Shown one piece after another: positions 38,001 to 50,127 of a DNA stretch of 64,000 bases (position 1 is the stretch's first letter; each line of letters starts with the position of its first letter). Source of the stretch: Catajapyx aquilonaris. Lineage: Eukaryota. Where the stretch lies: the NCBI GenBank assembly GCA_000934665.2, contig KZ538098.1:62001-126000 (forward strand), in the 5' to 3' direction. Both the position numbers and the translations under genes were made by a program. The notes beneath the pieces were generated by a model. It saw only the letters and a program-made list of their open reading frames with translations. It did not search any database and was not told the origin of the DNA.

Positions 38001-41000
38001 TAAACGGGTACCAATCTAATTTGTGGGCCCAAGGACCTTGTCCTCCACATCAGTTTACACTTCACCTGCCTGCCCTTCCCTCGGGGAGGATCGTCGCACC
38101 AGACTACAAGGTGCACACAAAATCAGATACACTCTCACACCCTTGTACACTCCAGACGCAGAGAAGGTACTTAGTAAGTGACAAAATGGCTTACTCCACC
38201 GGGTAATAGTGCAGTAACGGCTCAACGTTATTTTATTTGGAAGGGGGCTAACAGCAGTCACTTTACTTGGAAGAGCGCTAATATAGCACTTGGTAGAGAT
38301 CTAATAGCAGTCCTTACTCGCTCACTAGCAGCAGTTATTTTACTAATAACACTCTAGTAGCACGTACTGACTTGAACATACTTTCGATGCGATTCCCTGA
38401 AGGAACGCTTTACTGGCCGACAGGGAGAAAGAAAAAGACCAACACACTGTAACTTATGAACAGATAATCCAGCCCCATTTTCCCGGTTGAATAACTACAG
38501 TTTTTCCCTTCTTTTTTTTCGGTGCACTTCACTCGCGAGTAGCTTCCGGGTTTCGCGTTTTCAGACCCATTACCTTGATGGAATCTGTGGGCCATTCCCG
38601 GACGCAAGGACTGTGTGCTGCTGCCTCTCCTTGGGAGTATCAATTCTTCAAGACGGGAGAGAGTCCCCCCCCCTTCCCTTCCCAAACATATACACCCGGA
38701 CGTGAGTGGAAATCCGGAGTGCCACTAGTGTCGTACAACTTGTTACCCCGGGTTTTTAGGAGACATTCGTTAATCAAGGAGTGGCATTGAAATGGGAACT
38801 CTTCGTCTCCCCCCCCCCCCCCCACCNAGGCACGTGTCGATATAACCCTTCCCCGGAATTTGGAAATGTGGTCCTCCGTAATCCGGAGCATGCTGCCAAT
38901 ACCACTGCCGGGTCCGAGGTCCACCCTCCCCAATTTATGCCTCCCATATATTGGACACAATAAGGTAAACTGTGCCGAGGCCTCACCATTAAACCCGCAT
39001 CGCAAATATCCGCAGCTGTCTATAACTCCTCCCCGATCCGGACAACAATACACTACGGGCACCCGCAAACTAACCGCATGATTGCAACGACATTTCAGAA
39101 ACTTCGCCATAACCAACGATTAGCACAATTTTGTTCAAAAAAACGAGCGTGCTGCACAATTAATTTCCACAATTGCGCAAGAATCAATGCGAGCATATAA
39201 CACAGAAAATTCGTCCTACCTGATGCACATATGGCATACCAGTTGTCGAACCAATCTTCCCAAAAGCTGATGGAGAAAACTATAAAGTCTGGGGGAGGGT
39301 GATAATCCCTATTTATGATTCATTGGAATCAACTTCCATTTCATGCACCGGTAATTCACCTCCTGAAACGGTTAAACCTCGATTCCGTTCTCCCTCATGC
39401 CGATATCTACGCCCTTTCATCTCAACGGGTACGAGGAAATAGGGCTTCAAAAAAAAAAAAAAAAAGGTTGGGGGTAAAGTGAAGAGGAATTCTTTGACAT
39501 CAAACCTGTATTAAAAATCGAGAATAAAATATTTCGCAACAAACGTTTGAAAAACTGCGGCCACACCTTCGCACTATAAAAAAGTAGAAATTGTCAAGTT
39601 TTGCAATGTAACATCTACAATCTGATTACAAAAAAATTTTACGCGGATCTTCACATATTTTTACGCTACTCCACCCTTCTCATTAATTTCGAAATCTCAG
39701 TCAAATTTTAGGGGGAGTCGTTGTAATTGCAATTTTGAACTCGGATTTTCCGGGAAAAGAATCCCGGGCAGGCAACGTGACCCAGAACCGGGAAGGAAAT
39801 TAATTACCCGTGTCTCAAGCACTCACTTGTCGACTATAGTAAATAACATTAACTAGTCACAGGGTCCATTTTGTATGCCGGTTGCAAAATTAGGCGGGTT
39901 CACTAGAAGGAAAGAGAGAGAGAAAGAAGTCCTTACTACTTAAGCTTTCGAGTCGCATCTCTCCTTTTTTTTTACCTTCTCAGTCAGCATCGGTAAGAAA
40001 GTTTCACAACTTGACGAACCGTTAATTGAATCGCTCCGTAAAACGTATCCCAAGGTGCACGTCGGACTAATGACTCGACGACCCTCTCTTATACCCGCCT
40101 GAAAGAAGACAAACTCGACTGTTTAAACCCCCAGTGGTAACAAATTGTCCTAAAAAACCTAATGTACTGTACATATGTCAGCAACATGTAAAGAGCATCG
40201 GACAAAAAAGCTTGTTATTTTTCAAGCCGGGAAAAGTACATAGGAGAGAACGAAAACAGTGCAGAGTAATGATTCAGAACATTTCTGGCCAGCTAATTAA
40301 ACCAGGTCCCGCATTGAAGCCCTCCCCACCTTGTAATAACACGAGTGCCATTTTGAATCTGGTGAGTGCATCACATGCAGCCCCACCATTTTCCTGGTCC
40401 AGATTCTATCCACCTGCGTGCCGCAGCCTCTTATCTCCTTCCCAGATAATTTCCCTCCCTCTCTATACTACTCTCTCGCAATTTTTTTTTTGTTTCGATC
40501 CATTCGAGAGGCTGCCTGTCAATTTTCAATTTTCGCTACACTTCCTCCCTCCCTCCTCCATCCCCTCCTTTTCATTTCCGTTTCCCTCCCACCATTAAAA
40601 TCGGAGGGGTTGCAACCATATTCTGCAGGAGAGAACGCACCTCGGGATTGCAAAGGAGGCGGTTTTCGGGCCACTGATTCCGCTCCATTTGCCGGATAAT
40701 TCGCCAAAAAAAAGGGGGGGGGGGGAGCCAAAAGTTGCGGTTTTGCGAATGAAAAGCGCCTGGAAAGTGCGGAGTCCCGCATGACAAGAGAGGCGCTTGG
40801 GTTGCCTGACCGACAGGATGAAGAATGGCCTTGATGAAACGGAATATATTTTCACGGAATTGTTGCAACACCATCATGAGAAGTTACGTAACTGTTGTAA
40901 TGAGGAGCATTTGGGGTAAGTGAAATAGCTGACGTCACAACCGGTATATGTCAAGCTTGATGGCGATTAGTGTTGGAAACAGGTCCTGGTTGCGGTTGTG

Positions 41001-41370
41001 CCAATTAACCCCCCAACGGTCACAATTACCCCGGTTTTCCTCCGCATTTTGGACCGGAGGAATTCGGATGGGTAGGTTGCAAAACCTTGCGGATAGGGAG
41101 GAAAGGCTTTTGGGAGGGGATAGTGTGATGCTGGAAAGCGAGAAGGGTTTGTGCTCTAGCTAGGGCAGGTCGAAGAGTGTGAAATATTCATGGGTCCGGG
41201 GGCGGAACAGGAGGTGAGGCAGTCAAACGGTGCTTGTAACTTTAATTGTCTGGCGTCTTGTCGCTCCGGTTGACATTTACAAGGGGAGGCAGCCCGGCGG
41301 TGGGGCGTGGTTTTGCAGCGCCTGCTCTTCTGGCGGGTGGGGCTCAAAATTGAAATTTAAAAAAACTACC

Positions 41371-42030
41371 TGCTATTTCTAAAGTAGCAGTTAATAGCAA
41401 TCACTGTTACTTAACGGCTTTTCAGTCGCAGTGCTATTTTCGGCCAACAGTAAAGTAGCAGTTAATCGCTGTTATTGGACCCCAGCTTTTTCATGGGCAG
41501 TGCTATTTTCGGCTCCAGTGAAGCAGCAGTAATCAACAGTGACTGTCGCTGAACTACTTTTCCGATCACAGTAGACTATAATTTCGGGCTCATCAAAGTA
41601 GCAGTTATTAGCAATTGCTGTTATTGAACCCCAGCTTTTTCATGGGTGCTATTTTCGGCTCTAGTACAGTAGCAGCGATCAACAACTTTTTCGATCGCAG
41701 TGCTATTTTCGGCCCACAGTAAGTAGCAGTTAATACCAAGCGCTGTTATTGTACAGCAGCTTTTTCATGAGCAGTGCTATTTTCGGCTCCAGTACAGTAG
41801 CAGTGATCAACAATGGCTGTCGCTAAACAACTTTTTCGATCACAGTACTATTTTCGACCTCATTAAAGTAGCAGTTATTAGCAATTGCTGTTATTGAACC
41901 CCAGCTTTTTCATGGGCAGTGCTATTTTCGGCCCACAGTAAGTAGCACTTAATAGCAAGCGTTTTTAGTGTACAACAGCTTTTTTTTCAGTCGCAATGCT
42001 ATTTTCGGCCTGCAGCTCATGGAAAGTGCT
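41371..42030. repeat. Degenerate tandem array, about 10 monomers of ~70 bp, with higher-order structure
   Basis: Core gtgctattttcggc...agtagcagtta recurs at about 41371, 41432, 41501, 41577, 41647, 41701, 41775, 41846, 41920 and 41997; 41468-41646 closely resembles 41742-41916. Confidence 0.9.
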
Positions 42031-42236
42031 GACAATGTGTTCTGTGAATGGGAATAATTGTGGGTGCTGGCTGTGAGACCCCCCCCCCCCTTTCCCTCCT
42101 CCCGGTAATTATAGCAATGCGGGTATGGAGATCGATAGGCGTTGTTGTCTTCCGGGGGAGGGCCGGGTGTGAATATGGCGGCGGATCTGGCCACAAGGCG
42201 TGGAATTTTGGCGTCGAGGCGAAAGTTGGTTGAATG

Positions 42237-42240
<4 letters not shown>

Positions 42241-42266
<26 letters not shown>
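42241..42266. repeat. (GA)13 microsatellite
   Basis: Read directly from sequence. Confidence 0.95.
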
Positions 42267-42270
<4 letters not shown>

Positions 42271-43377
42271 CCGATCTATTCGGTTTTCATGCAGGCAGCA
42301 ACCCTTTTCCTGGCGGAATAAATCAGCTGGATGCTTAGTCTGCCCCCCCTGACGGCTGGGGAGGGAGAGGGCTTAGGCCTCTCTTTGCAAAAGCTGGCGG
42401 ACACTTATATTGCCCAGATTTGGAAGGGAGTTATGTAGGGACAGGAAGGCGGCGGCGGGTGAAGAGCCGACAAAATTGGGACGTCATTGGAGCCGAACGA
42501 AAAACGCTGCTCAACTCCACTGATGGCTGCAGCAGGGCTTTTTTCGACCAGATAAACAAATCGAGAAAAGATTAGGGAAAGCTCTTTTTTTAGGGGGTGA
42601 GAGCTGGGTCAAAAAACGTCGACAGGTAAAGAGCGAAAAGCGGCACCGCGGGCTTGGAGCCTGATTTAAAATGTAACGAAATCGATCTCCTCATAAAACC
42701 CAAGCTGCTGAAACCCTAATGCTTTTGTGACCCAGGTACTACGCATGACTAAATGTGTTGGACAACTGCAAAGGCCAATTAACAAATTAACTCACGGAGT
42801 TATTGGAAATAAGCAGCTTCGGTCGGTTCGGTGGGCGGAGAAGTTCCTATCTCCTACTTGTAAAAGAGCAGTTAATCAGTAGCCGTTAATAGCAATCACT
42901 GCTTTTCTCAGTGTTCGTGTGGGTTTTCTCATGATTGTGCCCAGGCTATTCTAACAAACTGCTACGTGGTTGGAAAACGCGATCCCTAATAAACAGTCAA
43001 AGCAAGCCACATCTGACGCCTCTTGTAGTATAAGCCACACTATCCGTTCGGAAACAAGCGCTGCCATAACCGCCGCCCCCTACCCAGAATTTAATAGAAT
43101 TTTCCATGGCCTGGGAGGCGAATCATGAATACTAGGCGGTATCTTTTAAAAGTAGCAATTATCCGCAGAATGTTGGGTCTTGGGGAGCCCTCCTGGGGCA
43201 AGCAAGAACAAGCATGCATGCTGCACTTGGCGTTAATGACAAGCTGCGGCGAAAAGGAGTCTTGGCGGCAAACTTCATAAATTATTTACATACGATTACA
43301 GGAAAGGAAAGGGAAGGAAGGAAGCCGGATTATCCTGGAAAAGGAAAGAGGGGGGTGGATGGGAAGGAGGGGGGGGG

Positions 43378-43400
43378 NNNNNNNNNNNNNNNNNNNNNNN
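43378..43400. other. Assembly gap (23 N)
   Basis: Run of N next to a poly-G tract; single Ns also at 4011, 13128, 27029, 38827 and 52280. Confidence 0.99.
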
Positions 43401-46400
43401 GGATAGGAGTTTTGGGATTCGTCGGAGCGTGAGTTTCGTGATTTTCTGCCCCGGAGAATGCTCGAATGTCGCCCGCCTGTGTTTCTGCGACGTATCTATC
43501 GCAAAAACCCTCTCCCTCTCCCCATCCCTCCACCCGCCCACACCACACTTGCGGATATTAAAACCCACATTTCATGGGCTGATACATTCCATCTGGGACA
43601 AGACTCCATCGCTCCATTCCTTTTCACGCCGACTGCTATATCCTCCGGAACCAGGCACCAGACTCCAGGACAGGTCTCCGTCCAAAAAAAAGGGGGGGGG
43701 GGTGCAATTTTGAGTGGGGGGAGAAGAAGGAATTTTCCAAGACTGCTATTTCAAGTGCCATATTCAGCAGAGCAGAAAATTTCCGGAGAATGCCTTTCGA
43801 CCGTTTATTGGTCATTTTCCTTTGCCAGAAGCTTGCAAATACTGGAATCAACCTGTTAAAAATGTACTAAGCAAAATTTGAACCAAACAAACTGGTGGTG
43901 TCAAAAACTTTGGGAACACTAGAGTAACACCGACTCATTAAAACTTCATGGCTATCACTGCCATTCACCTACAACATGAAACAGAAACCAATGTCAACAA
44001 CAACGAGCAATAACAAAAAATAATGAGGCATCACCAGTTAATTACCTGAACTCATTATCAAGCCATTTCAACACTTTACATTTCAGCATTTTTCTAGCCA
44101 AGCCTTTGCGCCGCAATTTTCTGAGCCTGACAATATGACCACGTTCCCAGAGAGATATAAAAAGAAGTGTCGATTTGAGGGCAGGAGGGTGGTGGAAAAG
44201 TGAGTAATTTTGTGGGTGGGTCCTAACGAGTCCGCGGCCGCGTCCGAAAAGCCCCCGGAGTTTGATGGCTGGCCTGGAATAGCCCGCATGGACGTCCGCA
44301 GGGGCCGCTGCAGCTTCCCAAGTGATTTTCCGCTTCGGCCATCCTCACCTCTTTTGTGCGCCACCACCCGAGGATTTCAGGCCAGAGGACAAAGGAGGAC
44401 TCAGGTTAATCCCCCCTCCCTCCCTTTTCCACCCTCCATCCACGTCTTTTGGCGTCCCGACGCCTGCCTTGAGGGGGAGGGTTGGAGGACAGAGGGGGCA
44501 CCCAACAAAGTCACTGGCTTAATCCGACAATTAAAGCGGACATTTCGCAAGTATGGTGGATAGACGGATGGGGGCGCTAGGACCTAGGGTGTCGCTCGAA
44601 AACGCGAATAGTTTCGCAAACTCGCAAGCGGCCCCAACCAGGAATTTGCACAAATGCCGATGCCCCCCCTTTCCATGTTGTTGAACCACCCCCACTGTTC
44701 TCCGCCAAACCAAACTGCTGTAAAACAACACGCCGTAAATGGCACTTACTCCGCCCTCGCTCCATAATGTGAGTGATGACTTTACTCCCCAGCAGCACTA
44801 AAAAAAATTATTCAATAGTTCAGCTCCTCTCTTTTTTAGCGTCCCATTGCGAAAATGAGATGTGTTTGTATGAATTCCAACACTCCCGACATATAGACTT
44901 GGCGACCAGTAAAATTGCACACTGGGGAACCATAGAGGAGGGTTTTTTAATTTAATCGAGGAAGTTTTCATTTCAGAGAACGCTGGAGGAAGCCTGGGTT
45001 CCCCGCGGGGGAATCTCCGGAAGGAACGGATCAGATCAGAAATCTGAGGGATACGAATTTAATCCTAAGGAGTGGGTGGAGATTGCGTTGCTCTCGACAA
45101 AACAACTCCCCTAATAACAAAATCGCAATGTCTGCCCACGCACATTGGGAGGAGAAAACTGCTACTGGAACAGATTTACAGTCCTGCAGTCTGATAACTT
45201 ACCCCTTGGGGACTGAGTGGCAAAGTTACGCGATATCTTCAGTTGATAAAAATCACACATTAGCTTGATGGTAGCTCCAACTGCTATCTGCTAAACTGCT
45301 ACATGGACCAGAAACTAAAGTGCACACGTCTCGAGAGCCTGTAAATGGCAACAGTCAATGGTAGTGTTACGTTACTGCAACGCATTCAGTCATTCCGCCC
45401 CCGCCCTATTCGCAACAATGTGCATCGTGCAATTGTGAGGGACAGAATGGGGGTCCATAATTTCAACCTGACACGATCCCTTTCGCTCCAGGATTTCGCT
45501 AATGCCTGATGGATACAAAGGGAAGCAGAGTCGTTTGTAAGGAGCCTTAAGCTTCCTTTATAATCTAATGGAAAAGCTCTTTCTCTCTCTCACTCTGCAG
45601 CTTTAAAACACTTCAGTCCCATCCCTCAAAAAAAGAAAAAAACTCCCCCTCCTACTCTTTCAACAAACTCAACATCGATTCTTACTCCATCTCGATTATT
45701 CTTGACCCTTAAGAGTAGGCCCGTACAAATTTCCCTTCCTCTTAATCATTTCACCTTGCAAGTTTGCTTGCGGGTAGAGAGAGCCCGGAACGCCTCATTC
45801 TTCTCCATCCTCCCCCACCCGGATAAGCGCATAACAAATATACGACCCGAGTGGAGAAGTTGTCAAGGGGAGGGTTTAATCCCCAAGTTACCTCCTGCAG
45901 CACACTCCAATTTAAATAATATAAACACTGCCTCCTATTGGCACAGACGTTGACATCCGATATCACTTATCATCGCTTTAAAAAAAAAAACTCTGGACTC
46001 GGTTTACATGGCGTCATAATTTAAAATCTGGTTAATATGCATACTGCAGCCTGATTTCATTAAGCCTGCGGGGTCCTCCCCCGCCGATTTGGCGAGCTGT
46101 TCACACACTCGTTCACTTTTCGCCAGCAAAATTTTTTTAAGGAGGGAGAAATCGTGACTCGAAAAGAGTTTAAACGTTGCGCTAAAGCGGCTTGATGATT
46201 TCATTTAAGCAAAAGGATGCTGGCCCAACAACAGCGCTTCTGTGTGTATATGTAAAGCCATGCAGAAAATATACCGCAGCAGAGAGGGTAGTGGGGGAGT
46301 AAAAAAATTAACATGCTACACTATCCATGGTGACACTAGGCACGCATACATGTCAGGAAAATAGAGGGGGTACTGTACTACATGGCCCGCATCCCCCAGT

Positions 46401-49400
46401 GGTGCGATCCGGTGTTAGACCTTCCTTTATTGCATCAAATTCATATTTAAACCGGGCCGAGTAATTAAAAATGGCAGTGCAAAAGTTGGGACCTGCGCCG
46501 CATTCCTGCAGGGACATTCCTGAAGAAATATTTTTTACAAAACGGCTTGCCAATTATAATAATAGGCGGGTTAAAATTAAATGTTATAAAGAACGTCAAC
46601 GATATATTTCTGGCACTAGTCCTTTTTTTAAATAAATAAAAAAAAACGAACATGCATTGGTTGAACCCAAGCATAGCTCCAAAATTAAAGTATGATCACA
46701 AATAATGCTGCTGTCAAATTTTGACAAGAACGTACAAACTTAAAATGACACATATTATTTTAATATTTTAATTTGTAAGGCCTGTCATTTATGCCATCAA
46801 CAATCTCACCCCTTCATTTTGAAAAACTACAATTTTGGAACACGTTCTCAAAAAGTGTCATCAGGCATTGTTGCAACTCTTTTTCCCCCCCACAATTTCT
46901 TCCCCCAAAAAAGGCTTTTTTTGGCCATCCCATAAAATAAGTGGCAAGCAATATTCCAGCAGAGTCCAGCAATCTGTCCGGCGTCCCAGAATTTAGCGGC
47001 CAAGATAGATCATAATAAGAATATGATATCGCCACGTCCTTCGCACGAATTCATATCGCAAAAATGGGGTCCACGTCCCCCCTCCACTCTCCTTTTACCA
47101 GCCAAAAAAGTATAAAAAAAGGGGGGGGGGGAAGTAAATTATGTGCGGAAGAGGAAAATTGATCTGGGCAATGGAAGTTTCATAAAGGAAGGAAGGAATT
47201 TACAGCCAGACGTTTTTTTTTTTTTGCTGATTTTTTTTGTGTGCAAAAGGTTGGAGAGGGTGGGGGTGGAGTGTCCGAGGGAAATGGACCAAGTCGAGGA
47301 CCAGCTGTGCGAGAAGGGCAGCATCAAAGTCCGATTGAGAGAGACCATATCGATTATAGGTCCCCCCCCTCTCTCTCTGGAAGCTTTTTTTTATATCAGA
47401 AAAAAATTCGGGGGGCGACGGCGACGCCATCTGGAAGCCAAGAGCGTGCCCTATGCTAATCGTCCCGTAATTAGGCAATTGTCGCCCTCGCAGACAGCCA
47501 TTTACAAGAACTAATTAACCCAGGGGGTGTAGTGGGGGGACGAGCACTTCCCCAAAAAAAAGAGGGCAAGAAAAGCGGGCGTACGTCACGCGAAAACTCT
47601 TCATTACAACGTTTCAGGCAGCCAGCAACTCGTCTTGAAACATGACCAAACCTCACACCAACCTCATTTGTCACCCAAACCAACAGCCTCATTTGTCTGG
47701 GGGGAAGCCGGGAGGCAACGGCTGTTACGTGTGTGCGTGTGTGTGTCATACATGCAACAATACCGAGGCCCCACACATGGGTTTACCAAATGGGACGCTT
47801 TCAGCAGTCACAAGCGGGACAAGCGTTGGATATTAGTTGCATTTTTAAAGCTACTAATCAAGCCTGCAGGTCATTAGTTTAGGCCAGGTTGGAACAACAG
47901 GCAATGAACTTTACGGTTGTATATACAAGCTCGACGTGCGAGTTTCTGCAAATATTACATACGGTGTATATAAAAGTGAAATCTGAATCATCATGTACAT
48001 ATAAAAATCCGTTAATTATTACGAAAGAAATCAAAAATTCAGGCGGCAATGTTGTCTCGGCAGCCGGTTTGATAAGAGGATGAAAAATGCAGCAGCCACA
48101 GACCACCCTGTATACATGCATTATCCCTCGATGCCAGTCCTCTTCTGAGGTTAATTGGGGGCCGGATTAAATGTAATGAAACGGTTTCGTGATTGAGAAT
48201 TAGCACCCTTGTTGTTTCCATTTGTCACCCCGCAAGGCCCTCAGGATGGATACCACCTTTGGGAAATCCCGATTTAAACTCATTTGCCTCCCACTCACTC
48301 ACAGTAGAGTTGAGAGGGGAAAAAAATAGCACGCAATTTCCAGTGTTGCCGACTATAAACCAATACGCACTTTTTTTTTAAAAAAAAAACGAGTGTTACA
48401 TCCAAGCATTAGCCAGCCAGCAAACCCCACAAAAGACATGGTCGCGTCCGATTTAATTTTCATCCGGGAACCATGCGTTTCACCGGATAATACGAGCGCC
48501 ACCGGAAGCGCCAAAAGCCGGCCATTTATTGGGGAGGTGTCCCGCCCTGGTGAAAAACAGTTGTCATACGAATGAGCTCATATACATGCGGGGTGTACAC
48601 AGCACATGTTGCCAGGGGAAAAAAAGGCCCAACATATTTGCCTCTAATAGGATATACACCAAACGGCCCAACTTTTGTCGCTCTAAAGAGTCTCAATTTT
48701 TCGGGTGAGTGAGGCCTTTTTTTATACAGGCTCCTATTAGGCCCCCCCTCCCATGCTCGTACCGACCAGTTCAAAATTCGGGAGCCCACTCAATCAATAA
48801 CTTTTCAGCGGGAGGCTGGGAAATACCTCCACTACGAACAGGAGTCTGGACCGACAGATAAACCCGCGTTACATCAAAAGCAATCTACTGAAATGTACTA
48901 TAAAAGTCAAAGAAAAAAGTGTAGGCCAAACAGTCGAATATTAGTAATGATATTAATTTGTTGGCGGTTCTGTTATGTACTTTCAACCGGTTTGATTAAA
49001 CTGACCCGATTTTTTTTTTTTTAGGGCTGCCAAAATTCACGCGAGTTTGAACACGACACACAGCAGTTTCCCCCCAGAAATCGATTACAATTGGCACCAC
49101 CCACCCATGTCCACACATCCCCCCCGAAAATAAACCGCAGACTATTAAAGCACATAATTCGCGGCCAATTCAAAACCCATCCCTCTTGGCCAGACGACAA
49201 CTTAAAATTCCAGCATGTACACACCAGCCATTAGTCATCGGATCGGAGCTCAATAGCACCTCGTTTCAATCCAATTGCAGGGAGGTCGAGTAATTCCAAA
49301 TTAATGGGGGGAGAGGATAAAAACACATTAGGGTTGATACAATTATGCGGCAGGTTTTGAAGCGGAAGGTTGCCCAAAATTCAAGGTACATAGTCTTTCC

Positions 49401-50087
49401 TACATATTATATAAAAAGGAGAGTCTGTGAGGGGGGAAATGGCGGCGGGGAAACGGCGTGCTCAATTACTGCGATGATTGCCCAATTAGTCCCTCTGCAG
49501 CCCTTCCCCCCCTCCCCTTTTTATAAGTCGTTAATGACCGGCAATATGTGCCACCCCACCTCATTCCCATACCCTCCACAGACTCGCACAATGTACTTAT
49601 CAGACCCCGGGTTCGCGTGCCCGGAAATATTCCCCTCCCTCCCCAAAAAAAGTTCCGATCAGATTTGGCCCCCAGATTTATTAGAAAAGTTTTTTGCATC
49701 ACCCTATACCCAGCAACTCAGCAATGATCCGGTTGTGTCATGATAAAATTATTGTGGGCAGCCATCCTACCAAACGCGCGTATGATTACAATGATAGGCG
49801 GGGTCCAGATGCGGATGCTGAGCTTGATCCCCCAGCAGTGTGTGTTTGAAAATTCTGGTCCAGTACATATCTGTGACTGGGAGCATTAACTGCCGGCTTC
49901 ACTTCCAATTAAAATGATTCGATTGAGGACATGAAATAAATTCATTTCATTAGAGGGGAACAGAGAGGGCCTGTCTGCTGCTTGCTTCCCCCTTTTCCAA
50001 TGAGAGTTCTCCAGGATTAATTAAGCAGCCGTTGTATTAGGAGGTGCATAAGGAAGAAGACAAAAAGCGGCTATATGTCTGCCTCTG

Positions 50088-50127
50088 AGCAAAAAAGCCG
50101 TATCTGCCAAGTTACGGCTTTTTTGCT
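50088..50127. repeat. Perfect 15-bp hairpin with 10-nt loop
   Basis: agcaaaaaagccgta-tctgccaagt-tacggcttttttgct. Confidence 0.75.

Noticed and set aside
41371..42030. Possible CRISPR array
   Set aside because: Sequences between the conserved cores resemble each other rather than being unique spacers, repeats are degenerate, there are no cas genes, and the context is a eukaryotic intron.
50088..50127. Rho-independent terminator-like hairpin
   Set aside because: Eukaryotic intron, and the T run is part of the stem; not a bacterial terminator.
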